From assembly GCA_001643675.2 (NCBI GenBank), contig LSRY02000034.1:1031895-1095894 (forward strand): a stretch of DNA of 64,000 nucleotides, read 5' to 3'. The translations under genes and the position numbers were made by a program. Shown in pieces: positions 1 to 14,400 of this stretch. This DNA is from Monocercomonoides exilis PA203 (lineage: Eukaryota; Protista; Preaxostyla). Every line of letters begins with the position of its first letter. Position 1 is the stretch's first letter. Below the pieces are notes generated by a model that made no database searches, was not told the DNA's origin, and saw only the letters and a list, made by a program, of their open reading frames with translations.

Positions 1-435
1 TGAATTTGATTCGAATTATCGAAAAATACTCTTGCATGAAGCATCTGTTAATAATTAAAAAAGCTTCCTTATTTGAAAAAAATCTGTTCATATGAATCGA
101 CAGATCGAATTCACATTTCAACAAATTAACAAAAAACCCTTCTGAAAAATTTAACATACAAAAACAACTCTGAATAACAATCATAAAATAAAATGCTTTC
201 TTTGAAGAAATGATAAAAAAATAAAAAAAGAAACTCTCTCAAGAAATTGCCAATAAAAAATCAACATAAACTTAAACAGCAGAAAGTACCAACTTCGAAA
301 GAAAAATTAAAATTAAATAAAATCAAAACAAACATGAAAATGTACATTAACATTACAACACGTACACTCAAATTTAACAGTGATAAATGGTAAACAATTA
401 GAAAAAACCTCAATAATAAAGCTTGCTTGTGCGCA

Positions 436-1665
436 TTAAGCGTATTCATCATCTTTAATAATTGCTCCTGCTTCTGCTCCAACTTCCACATATTCGACTG
501 TTCTGGCAGAATTGTTACTCTTCAGATTTCCCGCTCCTCCATCGCTTCCTAACATTACTTGCTTTGCCATCATATTTTCCATTTCAATTGCAGCCTCATG
601 GCTTAATTTTTCGTTTTCTTCCTTTTCTTTTCTTTCTTCCTCCTCTCTATCGATTTTTTCTTCGAACTTTCTTTCTTCTTTTGACAAAAGCCATCTCCAC
701 TCTTCTTTTCTTCTCCAGTCTTGAATTCTATGCTCCACACATGGAAGCATGACTCCTTTCAATTCGCTCGAAAATGTACTCCACGACAAGTCTCTCTCCA
801 CTCCCCATGAATCCATGCATGTTGAAAAGCATTTAATAAATGACACAAATAAAAAGCACGTGAAAAAAGATGCTCCAATGATGATCATTACAACTCCGGC
901 ATTCCCCGAAATGGATGTTCCAACAAATAAAAATACAAATCCAGCAACAAGCAGGAGCATCAAAAATATAAAGACTTTTGATTCTGTGAGACAAAATCGA
1001 TTATTGCAAGCAACCCTTTTCTTCTCTTTTTCCCAAATTCGTTTGAACTCGGTTATCACAGCTTTTTGATCTTCATCAAGGCATCTATCGTTTAGAAAAG
1101 TGTCATTTTCTATTGATTTCCTGGCAACTTCGCGCTGAACGTCTGTCGAACGTAAAAATGGAATTTTTTCCTTTTCTGGCTCCTTTACCGCTTTGATCCC
1201 TTTCATTAGCTGAGAAAAGAATTGCCGAGAAGGTACGCCTTCTTCGTCGATAATTGGAGCAACAAAGCTTAATTCCCATTTATTCTTCGGGGCAGCAGCT
1301 CCCAAATTGGTAGGAGGATCACAACTTATTTCACCTGCAACTGGAACTGAATTGTTAACTCCCTCAAGATTTGGTGGTGTTGCAGTATATGCGTTAATGT
1401 TATCTGATGTGGGCAAACTTGGCAATGGAACGGAATTTGTTGATTGAGCCTGAACTTGAGAAACAACTTTCCAAAATTCTGCCTTTTCTGCAATACTGAG
1501 TGTTTCTGAAAAATTTTCCAAGTCGATAGGCAATGGCAAAGAAGGCAAGAACTTTGAAAAGAGGCTTATACATTTATTCTTAAGATCCTCTGGCAATTGC
1601 GCAGCAAATTCCCTTATTTGTTGCGGGATATTATGTTCAATCGATTCAAAGGATTCTTTATCCAT
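436..1665 (-). CDS. Hypothetical membrane protein (409 aa) with a two-helix hydrophobic hairpin and acidic C-terminal coiled region
   Basis: Long ATG-started ORF; two adjacent hydrophobic segments (VFIFLMLLLVAGFVFLFVG; AGVVMIIIGASFFTCFLFVSFI); no family motif recognised. Confidence 0.7.
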   Translation of the reverse strand: MDKESFESIEHNIPQQIREFAAQLPEDLKNKCISLFSKFLPSLPLPIDLENFSETLSIAEKAEFWKVVSQVQAQSTNSVPLPSLPTSDNINAYTATPPNLEGVNNSVPVAGEISCDPPTNLGAAAPKNKWELSFVAPIIDEEGVPSRQFFSQLMKGIKAVKEPEKEKIPFLRSTDVQREVARKSIENDTFLNDRCLDEDQKAVITEFKRIWEKEKKRVACNNRFCLTESKVFIFLMLLLVAGFVFLFVGTSISGNAGVVMIIIGASFFTCFLFVSFIKCFSTCMDSWGVERDLSWSTFSSELKGVMLPCVEHRIQDWRRKEEWRWLLSKEERKFEEKIDREEEERKEKEENEKLSHEAAIEMENMMAKQVMLGSDGGAGNLKSNNSARTVEYVEVGAEAGAIIKDDEYA

Positions 1666-2432
1666 TTTTCAGATCTTTTATTCTTTCAATTAATGATTAC
1701 CCTTAATAAAGTTACAGAAGTAATTTTTGTTTTTCTTTTTTTTTTCCAAAAAAGAAATATCTTTCGGTCTATGAAGAAAAAACTTTGTGTTATGTTTTGT
1801 TGTCTTTTAACATTTTATCGCTTTAAATATTCGAAGTTCAACTTAATAGAAACATGTGAAATTTTCATCATTAAAACAATCATGATTTGATTAATAGAAA
1901 AAAAATAAGATTTATCGAATAAAAGATTTCACACGTTCGAAAAAATGATTTTATTCCCACCTTAATCTGTTTTCTTTTTAATTATAAATTTTTGCGAACA
2001 AATTATAATTTGGAAATCTGTCAGGAAAAAAAGTCTTTTTTTTTTTTAAATTTTTTTTCATATTAAATTTTTTTCTCCTTTTTTAGTCAAAGTTTCTTTT
2101 CTTTTGTTTTTTCAAAAAGAAACGTACTGGATAGAGAGACATACGAATCATGAAAAATAAAAATTACAAAAAATATATCACGATTTATCGAAACAGAAAT
2201 GACTTTTATTTGTATAAAAAAACTAAAAAATGATTATAATTAGGATTATTTGAATTGCACAATATGTCTTTGATATCATGAAATAATGATGCTTTCATGG
2301 ATTGATTTCATGAGGATATTTCAACAAAGGCAAATGAATGAAATGAGAGAATATTGATCAAGAACATAATTCAGATCACTGATAGAAGATTATTTTATTG
2401 TTGTTTGTGCGAAGCGAAAAAGAGATTGAGAA

Positions 2433-5400
2433 ATGGGAATACCAAAATTATTCAGGTATTGAAACAATGTATTATCATTTTAAGTAAAATTATCACCATT
2501 GTTGCGCAGATGGATAAGCGAGAGATATCCGTTGATTTTATCGCCAGCTAATGTTTTTACTTGTCCTGAAATCGGTTTTTCTCTTAAATATTTGACTTTA
2601 ATTCTTTATTCAATTTGAAAAACGTCATGTTTTTTTTGTAAAACAATTATTGAACGAAATAATAAACATTTGCAAATTTAACAATTAGACAATTTATATC
2701 TTGACTCAAACGGAATTATTCATAACGCAACGCATGGGAATCAAGGAATTACGCACCAGCTAACAGATGAAGAAATGATAGCAGGAATATTTCAATACAT
2801 TGATAGGCTATTTCAGATAGTTAAGCCCAAAAAGCTTCTTTATATTGCTGTTGATGGTGTTGCTCCACGTGCAAAACTGAATCAACAACGATCTCGCCGT
2901 TTTAGAACAGCTCGTGATAGAGAAATAGCTGTTCAAGAAGCAAGAGCAAAAGGGGAAGATGTACCAACTGAGGTGTTTGATAGTAACTGCATCACTCCTG
3001 GTACAGAATTTATGTTTAGATTATCGGAGTGGCTTAAATACTATGCATCAATAAAAATGAGTACCGACAAAGCCTGGGCTGGTGTTAGTGTTGTTGTGTC
3101 TGGATGTGACACACCTGGCGAAGGAGAACACAAGATCATGTCGTTTATTCGCGCACAGAGAAGCCAGCCAGGATATGACGGATCGACTTCGCATTGCATT
3201 TACGGGCAAGATGCAGATCTGATTATGTTGTCACTTGCTACCCACGAGCCAAACTTTGTGGTACTTCGAGAAGAAGTTAAGTTTGGGAGTGCCAATAGCG
3301 GTGGAGGCGGGGGAAAAGAAGACGACCGGCCAACAGCGGACAAAACACAATTCCAGTTTCTGCACATTACACTTCTGAGAGAGTATCTGGAGAAGGAGCT
3401 GAGCGGGGTGAAAGGGCGCCTGCGCTTCGAGTACGACTTCGAGCGGCTGATTGACGATTTCGTGCTTCTATGCTTTTTTGTGGGCAACGACTTTATTCCG
3501 AAGATGCCTGGGCTGGACATTGCTTCAGGCTCGCTCAGTGAGATCTTCCAGTTGTATGTGGAGCTGCTGCCGTCGCTGCCAGACTACATCACTAACCACG
3601 GGCGAGTGGATTTCCGGTCTTTTGAGAGGATCTGCCAGGGTCTGGCGTCGATGGAAAGGAGCCATTTTGCTGAGCTCGATGAGAACGAAGAGACTTTCGG
3701 GTCAGGGTCGTATTCACGCTCGTCTGGAAAAGGCGCAGGCGAATGGAAAGACGGTGAGTGGGTGAGTGGAGGAGGCGAAGGGATGCAGCAGAAGAGCGAC
3801 AGAATCTGCTGTGACCACGTCGAACAGAACACACAACACAGAAATTTGGAGCAAGACAGCACTTCCAGTGCTAATGCATTAGGCACACCGTTAACATCTG
3901 CTGCTTCTCTTTCTCCTGCACATGCCTCTGCTCCTCATCAGCTTCCTCATCTTTCTCCATTTGACATCGCTTTGAGATGCCCCTCGTGGCGTTCCTCGTA
4001 TTACAAGCGCAAGTTCGGGTATTCTGCGCCACCGCTGTATGTTTCTGAAGCGTGCATTGTGCATTCGAAGGATAAACACCATCTGAGAGAGGCTGCAAGA
4101 GAAATGAGGGGAGACGACGAGGAATATGAGGGAGAGGAAGATGGAGAAGGAGAAGAAGAAGGAGAAGGAGACTATTATTATGGCAACAAAGAACTTGGTG
4201 GTTATTCGCGCACATCATCAAAATGGGAGAGAAAAGGAGGGCTGATCGAAAGGCCTGATCAATACAGCAGCACACAATCTCAATCACAACCGTCTTCATC
4301 ATCATCATCTTCTTCTCCTCATTCACTTGTCCCCAAGCGCTCGTCTGTGTTTGATCCATCGCGTGAGCGGCAGTTCAGTCTGCACAGCACCTCCACTCCG
4401 CAGCACAAGCCCTTCCGCGATCTCGTCTTCCATTACTTAGAGTCCATCCAGTGGGTCTTTTCCTATTACATCTCTGGCTGCCCGTCCTGGGGCTGGTTCT
4501 ATCCTTACCTCTACGCCCCGCTCCTGTGCGATCTGTGCGACTTGTCTTCCTTCCCCCCCATCGCCTTTGTGGAGGACAAACCTCTCCTTCCCTTTGAGCA
4601 GCTGCTGGCGGTGCTGCCGACAGCGTCGTGTGCTCTGCTTCCAGCGCCGTTCAGACCGCTTATGCAGAGCGAGGAAGTGGTGGTGAGGCAGAAAGTGGAT
4701 GAGGAAGGGAACTTTGTGGGGAGTGCGTTGCTTGTGGGAGAAGGAGGAGGAGGAGGAATGGATGGGAATGAGGATGAGGATGATGAAGGAGATGATGATA
4801 ACAAGAAAGCTATCAATGAAGATTATTCTTCAGCTGCGGGTAAAGCCGCAGCAGGGCAAAGCGAACAAATCGAAAAGAAGAAGAAAACAAAACTTAGAAC
4901 AGTTTCGCGCCGTTTTATTTCTCCGATCGCGGCATTTTATCCGAAGGAGTTTGAAGTTGACATGGAGTTCTGCAAGATGCCATGGGAAGGGGTGTGTGTG
5001 CTGCCATTCATCGATGTGGAGCTGCTGAAGCAGACGGCGCAGACGATCTATCCTCTTTTGTCGAGTTTGGAGCTGCGGCGCAACCAGCACCAGTTCAGCA
5101 CTTTGTTTCGGTCTCCACATCATCCAGACTTCAGAATGGACATGATGCTCATCTCGTTCATACAGGAAGAGAACGAAAGAGGAAACGGAGGAGAAGCAAA
5201 TGGAATTAATTCTTCTTCTTCTTCTTCTGCCTCATCCTCTTCTCTATACAAACACCCTCTTCCTTCACACACCCATCTCTTGTCGCATCTCTTCCCTTCT
5301 TTTGTTCTGACTCCCCCAATCGACCATCCTGCTTTCCTTTCTGTTTCCAACTGCCGAATTGTGCAGCAGCCCGCGGTGCCCCACGACACACGGCCGATGC

Positions 5401-8400
5401 TGGCAGACACTTCTCTGTTGGATCGAATGATGGCAGTGGTGGACCAGGTGAAGGAAGGAGATGAGGATGAGGAGGAGGAGGAAGAGAAAGAGAAAGAGAA
5501 AGAGAAGAAGACAGGGAAGCAAGCTGAGAAAGCGGAGAGGAAAGAAATCGAAGAGAAAATAAAGAGATTCAAAAGGATGAAGATGCAAAACAAAGAAAGA
5601 ATCCAAAAGTTGCACAATCTTGTTTTCCCACCTGCTTTGCAGACTCCGTCTTCTTCGTTTATTCCTCCGAATCTTTTAGCTACTGCCTTTCCGAATGAGC
5701 AAGATAAAACTTTATCATCATCATCATCGCCATCAGCTTCAGCAAAAGAGAAAGAGAAAGAGTCAGAATCAAACACGCGAATGATCCATTCAGAAATATC
5801 TTTCCTCCGAACAGAGTTCAAAATTATCGTTTCTCTCTTAAAATACGCCAATGTTGCTTATCTTCCTCCGCCATACTCACTCCAATCAAGCACTTCTCCT
5901 CTTCATCTTCATTCTTCTTCTTCTTCCTCTTTCACTTCTTCCTCTTTCTCTCTCCAAAAGCCACTTGCCCTTCCTTCTGCTTCTCTTGTCCGCCCCTGGC
6001 GAGAGCGAGGCCTGTCTCTCTCTTCATTCATCCTTCCTTCTTATCACCCACGTGCCAGGTTTCCCTCTCTTTACACACTTCATCCAGCATCTTTGTCATT
6101 CTTCATCAAACACACACAGCATGTGAGTGGAGTCACATTCAACTGGGAAAGAATTAAGAAGAAGATGATCAAAGAGGACGAGATGGATCAGGAAGAAGTT
6201 GAGAAATCGAATAATTTTATGTCTTCTTCTTCTTCTTCTCAGTTCAATGGAACAGAAAATGGATTGAACGACAGCCAACAGAAGAAGAAGAAGAAGAAGC
6301 CGTTGGATTTGAGTGGAGGCGACAGGCTAGAAAGAATCGTGCCATTTCGCCGTTTTGGAACAAAAGCAGACAGAAGCCGGCTTTTGAAGATGAAGAACGA
6401 GAAGAAAAGCATCAGCGAAATGAATGCAGAGCTGATGATATCGAAAATGAGAGGGGTGAAAGGGATGAGTGGTATAGGGACATCAGAAGAGGAGGAGGAG
6501 AAGAAGAAAGGAAAAGAAAGTAAAGAGATTTCTTCTTCTTCTTCTTCTTCTTTGAGTGGAAATTCATCATTGAATGGAATAAATGCTCGATTTGGAAGTG
6601 GAAGAGAACCAAACACACAACAAGGAGCACAAAATGCTCGTGTGAATGATCCATTCATGGAACTGTTCAGCAGAATGAACATTAACGTCAACGTAAAACC
6701 TGTTCAGAACAAGCAAAATACTTCTAATTCAACTTCAATCCCTGTTTCTTCTTCATCTTCTTCTTCTCTTTCATCGTCTTCTTCAACCACTTCATCATCA
6801 TCAACTTCATCATCATCACCAACAACCCAACAACCTCTCCTTCAAGCCCAACCTCCAGCAACTGATCCTCTTCCCTTGCCTTCAGTCATCAAAGAGATCA
6901 AAGCGCAAGTCTTCTCTTTCCTCTCCAGACAGCCGTCGCGTGTGCTGAATGTGGAGAATGCTCTGTTTGTGTCACACAGATACCATCCATTCACACTTCC
7001 TTCAGCTGCATTGATAGACAGAGAAGAGACAGACAGACAGAGAGACATGCAGAACGAGAGGAGAGGAGGAGGAGGAGGAGGAGGGTACTGGGGAAGCAGT
7101 GGCAATAACAGCTATGGAAGATCAGGAAGGCCGCAACACGCAGGGATTGGATACAACAATGAAAGGAACACACAACATCAATCAAACCAGTCTAATTTTG
7201 TCAGCAGTCAAGGAGATTCTGGAAGCTATTGGGGCAGTCAGAAATCAAAGACATCAATTGAACGGCCTCTTTCTCTTGCTGATCCTTCTTCTTCTTCAAT
7301 CTCAACAACCTCGTTTTCTTTCCCTGCCTCTGTGACAATTCCTCCATTGCATCTTTCGTATCTCCTTCGCTTTCTTGTTGGAGCTGTTGTGTACTTCAAC
7401 TATCCTCATCTGAGACCAGGGAGAGTGTGCAGAGTGGAGGCAAAGGGAATTGGCGGTTGGGTGCTCAATCCGAAGGCGTTGAAGGAAGAAGAAGAAGAGG
7501 AGGAAGAAGAAGAGGATGAGGAAGATGTTAATGAGGAGGGAGAAGAGGAAGAAGGAGAAGATGGATATGGAGCTAATTATAAGGATGGATCAGCAAATAT
7601 GACTAATAAATACAACTCAGCCGAGCAGAAGAAGAAAAGAGAGGCAGCAAGAATTCGAAGGCTGGCGAAGATGGAAGAGAGAGACGAGGAAGATGTGATG
7701 CAGAGATTGGAGCTTGTCGACGAGAGCGAAGACGATTCTGTGTTTGAACTCGACGAAAACGATAAGCAAATAGCAAACGGAACAGCAAACAATACAACTT
7801 CATCATCTTCTGCTAATAATAATAATAACAATAATATAAAGCAAAGCAAAGCTGCTTCTTCCTATTCCTTGAAGTCCAATCCCACACCCGATCCTTTCTT
7901 CCCCAATTCCATTCTGTCTTTCATTCCCCCCAAGCGCAAAGCGAAAATCCTGCGCCGTTCTCTTCCTCTGGAGACATCTTCTCAATTGGAACACCATTCA
8001 GTCTCAATCAACCCGATGGCTGTGCAGAACCCATGGAATCAGCAGCAGAAGGCATCAGCTCAGACAACTTCACAGGCAAAAGGAGGGTTTGCTGCTAAAC
8101 AACAAATGTATTCATCATCATCTTCTTCTTCATCTCCCTCTCAAAATGCCCCTTCTCCTTATTCCACCACACACACACGGGAGTCCAAAGAAGATGTGGC
8201 AGAGTTTGTGTCGAGGTGTGAGAGTCTGAAGCAGCAGCTGCTGCAGAGAAGAGGGATGGAGATAGGCGATGTGAATGTGCTGTGTTATGTGCAGCCGCTG
8301 GTTGCGATGAAAGTGGAGGAGAAAGCAGAGAAGAAGAAGAGGAGGAAGGGGAGGAAGGGGAGAGGGAACGGGAAGAGGAGTGGAGGAAGTGAAATGAATG

Positions 8401-11400
8401 AGGGAGGAAATGATTATTATGATGAAGAAGGAGACGATTCAGAAAATGATGAAGACGATGAGGAAGAAGAAGGCAAAACGAACAAAGCAGACTGGAAGAA
8501 GCCGAAGAAGACGTCAGGAGGAAGAAGAGGAGGGAAGAATGGAATTGGATTGTGTGTCATTTCTGACAAGTCGAAAGAGGTTGTGAATGTGAATGAGGCA
8601 GACGAAGAGGAAAGGCTGCTGAATGAAGCGAGAAGGCAGCAGCAGAAGAAGAAAGCAGAAGAGATGAGGAAGAAGAAGAAAGCAGAGGAGGAAGAGAAGA
8701 GAAAGAAGGAGCAATTGAACAATGCTGCTTCTTCTTCATCAGCTGACTCAGTACAAAATAAAATGAAACATAAACGTCATATTTTGTCAACTGATTCTTC
8801 ATCTCTTTCTCTTCTTTCATCATCTTCTTCTTCAATGAGCCATCTTCGTGTTGTTCCTGAATACGACGATGGAGGCATTGTGTGTGTTCCCATTCAGCTT
8901 TTAACAGCTCTGCCTGTTGTGGATGATGGAAGGTTTATTGATCTGACGAGGAAGAGGAGGGAAATGCTGATAGTGGCAGAGCGGATGGAGGAGGAGAAGA
9001 AGCTGATGAAGATCAGAGAAGAGAGAAGGAAGAAGAGAGAGGAAGAGGCAGAGAAGATGAAGATACTCACAAAGCAGTTTGGGTTGAGCTTGGGAATTGG
9101 AACAGGAATAACATCAGAAACTGTGAAAAGCGAGGAAAAGAAGGAGAAAGATGAAAAAGGAAAAGGAAAAGGAAAAGTTGAAGAGAGCGATGAAGATGAT
9201 GATGAAGAGGAGGAAGAAGAATTATTGGGAAAAGAAACTGAAAATGTAGAAAAATCAAAAGAAGGCAAACTAAAAGAAGAAGACGATGAAGACGAAGAAG
9301 AAGATGAAAGCGACAACCGTATCACTTCATCAGCGTCTGCTGCAGCGCTTTCGACTGAATCAGCCGGTTTGAATGACATTCGCCATCTGTTTGATGTTGG
9401 GAGGCTTGTTGTTGTTGGAGGGACAGGAGTGGAAGTGCTGTCAGTGACAGCAGTGAGAGAGAAGACTGTGAGGAGGAAGGAGAAGAGGAAGAGATGGGTG
9501 CAGAAGGAGAAGGAGCAAAAGGAGAAGGAGAAAGAGAAGGCAGATGAGAAAGGAGAAGAGAAAGCAAATGAATCAGAAGCCACAGCAGTGTCAGTTGAAG
9601 AGGAAGAGTATGAAGAAGAGATTGTTGACACGAAGACAGAAAAAGCGCCTCAGCCGATTCTGTCTATACCCCATCCGCTTGCTCTGCTGGGTGTTGGGGG
9701 AAGAATTGTGGCATCGCCTGAGGATGTGAGGAGGATGGACGAGAACAGCAGGAGACACAACAAGAAGATGAGGAGGAAGATGGCAAGGGAAAGGGAAAGT
9801 GGAATGGCGAATGAGAAAGGGAAAGAAGAAGAAGAAGAAGAAGAAGAAAGAGAAGAAGAGAATGAAGCAGTTTCGTCACTCTGGGACGAGGAAGATGAAG
9901 GAGACGAAGAACAAGACAAGTTGGAGTCGATGAAGATGAGAAGGAAGGCATTTCCGACAGCTTTGAAGGGAGATTGCGTGATTGTGGAGTTGGAATACAA
10001 TGCTCTTGTTTATTCTGAGCATTTTGCCACTTTGAATCCATCACCAAATGATGAAGAATTAAGCTCAACATCTTCTTCTTCTTCTTCTTCTTCTCATTTC
10101 ACTCCAAACATCTACTCAAACATCCCTCCCTCTCTCATTCGTGCACACATTGTATCTCATTCGTGTCCTTCTTCTTATCTGCCTGCTTTTCCTTCTCTTC
10201 CTTCTCTTCTTAACAAACAGTCAGAGAAAGACAGTTCTGATGCCTCATCTCCTCCTCATGTGTCCATCCATCCGTATCATTCATTTCTTTCCTCTTTCTC
10301 TTCTTCTCTTTCTTCTTCCTTCACTCTTTCTCCCCTCTCCTCCCACAGCTCTTCTCTTCTCCCTCCTCCTTTCTCTCTCTTCACCAAGTTCCTCTCTCCG
10401 TTCACACCCGAAGCACAGAACTGGTACACCCTCGACGAAGCTGCTGCCATTGTTGGGACGACTCCTGTTGCCATTGCTTGCCTCACCAGCGTGTTTGTGG
10501 TGACTGTGAGGAACTTCTCATTCAATGCGTTTTCGGCAAAGGGGAAAGGAAAAGAGAAGGAGAAAGAGAAAGAAAAGGAAAAAGAAGCAGAGAAAGATAA
10601 AGTATCAAATGGAATGGAGAAATTGAAAGCGCTTTTTGCTTCGGCGAAAGAGAAAAGCGATGGAAAAAGCACAGAAACCACACAAAATTCAGCTTCAGCC
10701 TCAAAATTTGTTTATTCTCCTTCGCAAAAGACAGATGCACCGTCGCCTCTGACACCTCTTTCTCCTCTTTCTCCCAACAGCCAGTCAAGTCTTTCCACTC
10801 CTCCTCTGTCTCCTCCGACTTCTGCATCTTCTTCTCCTTCTTCATCGTCTTCTTCGTTGCTGGCTAATCCAAACACTGCTTCTTCTGTTTCTCCTTCTCT
10901 TCTTTCCCCTCTCACCACGCCTCCCCTTTCTCCTTCTTCTCCTTCTTCTCTTTCACCTTCTGTTTCTCCTTCTCCCTCTTCTCTTTCTCTTTCTCCTTCC
11001 TCCCCATCTTCTGTGACTGAAATGTTCCATCCAGTTTGTGCTCCTTCTTCTTTGGCATCTGAAATGCCTCCGATGATGACAATCAACTTTGCTTTTCCTT
11101 TTTGCGATCCAAAAACAAACATCCATTCGCCTTATTATGCACGCTTCAACTCAACCACACGTCAAGTTGATTATTCTGACGCTGCCATTGATCTTCTTCG
11201 TGAGTACAAGACTCGTTTTCCTTCTGTTTTTTCCTTTGTTTCGTCGTCTTCGCATGTTGGCTCTTTCCTTTCGCCTTCTTCTGCTCTATCTGCCTCTGTA
11301 GCTGCTGGCCAGACCTCCTCATACATTCGCAAAGTGAATGCCACACAGATCATTCCACAAGGCACACACGAAGCATTCGATGAGCTTGTGTCATTTCTCT

Positions 11401-14400
11401 CGTCGGCGCAGAAGGAGAGGGCGATGCGGGGCTATGCAGGACACACGACGCTGATTGCGACGAAGGAAGGGGTGGAGTCGGTGATGAGGTTTTATAAGGA
11501 GACAGGGTGGGGCAGGATTGTGACGAGTGCTGATGAAGAGAGCGTGCAGAAGAAGTTTATTGATAAGAGATATAAAAATAGGAAGGGGAATGAAGAGAAA
11601 GAGAAAGAAAATGATAAAAAGATAAATGCAGTTGAAGACAAAACAACAAGCAAAGAAGCCAATGAAGACGCATCGTCTTCAAAGAATGCCTCTCGTCTCC
11701 CTCATCTTCCCCACGCCATCAACACCCCCACAAAGGCCATCCATCTGATTGTGCGAGCACGTGTCTCTCTCTCTTCTCTCATCACATCCTCCAGCGATTC
11801 TGTCATTGGCACCTCAAAATACACAGGAGGAGAGCTCAGAGTGGGAGACAGAGTGGTAAATGTGTCATCTTCAGGTGCGGTGCCGTTCGGGCTGACTGGA
11901 ACTGTCGTGTCTTCCACGACATTCACAGCGTCTGGCAGCGATGTGGAACAGCAGTTTGCTGCTTCTGGTGCTGATGAAGAGGAAGAGGAAGAGGAAGAGA
12001 GAGGAAAGGGAAAGAAGGAGAAAGAAGGGAGTGTTGGATGGCTGCAGCAGGAGGCAGCGATGAGTGGACGCACTTTTGGCTCTAAGCAGAATGAGTCTTA
12101 TTCAAATGCTCTGATCTCTTCGACTGTTCCACCAACAAATCTGAATACAAATACGAACTCTTCAAAACCACTGCCAAATCTGTTTGCTTCTGCGCTGTCA
12201 AAATATCGCTCTTCTTCTTCTTCTTCTTCGAATTCATATTCTTCTCGTTTCCCATCATCATCCACATCATCATCATCTTCTTCTTCCTCTTCCTCTTCTT
12301 CATCTGTGTATTCCCCATCTCCACTCCGCACCTCCTCTGTCCTCTCCTCCACCCACCCGTTTCTCCTCTACCCATCCAAAAATGCTCCTTCCCCTTTAAC
12401 ACAGCCAGCAGGCGTGGGTGTTGACAAGTTCAGCGGCGACTCACATCTTTCACGTGCGCTGAATCCGAACCAGACAGTCGATGTTGTTTGGGATGCTCCG
12501 TTTATGAATGGCTCTGATCTGCACGGGAAGGCGCCTCTGATGCAGGGATCAGTGGCGTGTGTGAGCAGTCTGTACAGATATGCGACGTTTGTGCAGCAGA
12601 AGGAAGGGGCAAAGGGGAGAAAAGATGATGCGAATGAAGTGAATGGAAGAAGAGGAAGAGGAGGAGAAGCAGAAGGAGAAGAGGAATATCTTTATGCCCC
12701 ACTTTCTGCGGAGTCTCTGTCACTTGAGGATGTTCTGAGGGAGTACAGCACATTCCAGTTGAGAGCGAAGAAGGCGTATGAAAACATTGCAGGCAGAGAA
12801 AAGATGAGATATCGAATGCTTTTGGAGAATGGGATAGATTCTGTGTCTTCAATTGTGCAGCAGGCATTCAATGAACAGTTGGTTAAACCTTCTTCTTCTT
12901 CTTCTTCTTCTTCTTCATTGACATCCTCAAAACAACGTTCTTCTTCTCGTCTTTCAGCTGATCAGTTCATTCGATCTGCGTTTTCGTTGTATCGGCTGAC
13001 GTTGTGGCCGATCTTCCCCATCCCTCCCACGCAATACAAGACTGTTGGGTTCTACTCGAAACTTGCTGGAAAAAGAAGGAAAGAACTGAAGAAGACGAAG
13101 AAGGAGCTGAATGAGGGAGAAAACACAGCTGAGAAGAAAAGGCAGCTGAAGATGAAGATTCAGCAGCAGACGAAAGAAGACGCGAAGATTGTCATTCCGT
13201 TTGTGGAAGATGCTCGTCTGCCAAAAGTGCTGATGGAGTATGCAATTCGTCCACTCACCCAGAGGGAGAGGCAGAAGCCAGTGTATTTGATGCAGTCACG
13301 GTATGGAGGGTATGGAGGGTATGGAGGAAGTGTAAATGGAGGAGGAGGAGGAGGAGGAGGAATGTACAGGAGTGGAGGCTATCAGAGCAACAGTGCTGGA
13401 TTCAGTTCATATTCATCGCAGCAGAGCCAGTCAAGATTCGCTTCGTCTTATTCATCGAGTGATTCTTCTGCATTGTTGTCTTCTCCTTCTTCTTCATATT
13501 CATCATCATCATCATCTTCTTCTTCTTCTGGAAAATCAAAAGCGTCAGTTGCAATTCCACCTCCTGCCTCGCTTTTGGGAAGCAGCCAACAAAGTTCAAC
13601 TTCTTCTTCTTCTTCTTCTTCTCAATTCAACTATACTCCTTCTTCATCTTCCTCTTCTTCTCCTTCCTTCAAAATAATCTCAAAACCTTCTGTTGCAATT
13701 CCGCCGCCTTCTTCTTTGCTTCCATCAAAGCCATCTTCTGCTCCTCTTCTTTCGAATCCTCAAATTTCCAAATCGAAACAAGAAGAAGCATCACAAGTTG
13801 GTTTGTTGCCAACACCAACATCTTTGCAATCATCATCATCATCATCATCTTCTTCTTCTTCTTCGTCGTCTTCTTCTCTGCTACCCACTCCATCAAGCGA
13901 CTCAAAGGGAAGCACAACAGGGCGAGTGCTGACGTTTTATGAGAAGCAGCAGCTGAGAAAGAAGGAGGAAGAAGAGAGAAGAGCGAAGGAGAATGAAGGA
14001 GCAGACAGCTCTGCGCAGACAGCTATCAACAAGAATGTGCTTCTGCCAACGCCGAAAGCAGCAAAAGAAGCAAAAGAAGCAAAAGAAGAGGAGAAAGAAA
14101 GCGAAGGAGCGAAAGAGAAGACGAAAGTGCTGTCATTTTACGAAAGGCAGAAGCTGCTGAAGGCTCAAAAGGACAGCCAAAGCAGCCAGACACAAAAACA
14201 AGAGAATGCAAATATGACACAATCTTCATCTTCTTCAGAGGACAAAACGGTTCAGTCAGAAAATGCAGAAAAGCCACCAAAAGTGCTGTCGTTCTATGAA
14301 AGACAGCAGCTGCTGAAGAAACTGAAAGAAGAAGTGCTCAAAACAGACAAGCCATCAGCTGCTGAAGAGAAGAAGAAAGAAGAAGAAGGAGAAGAAGGAA

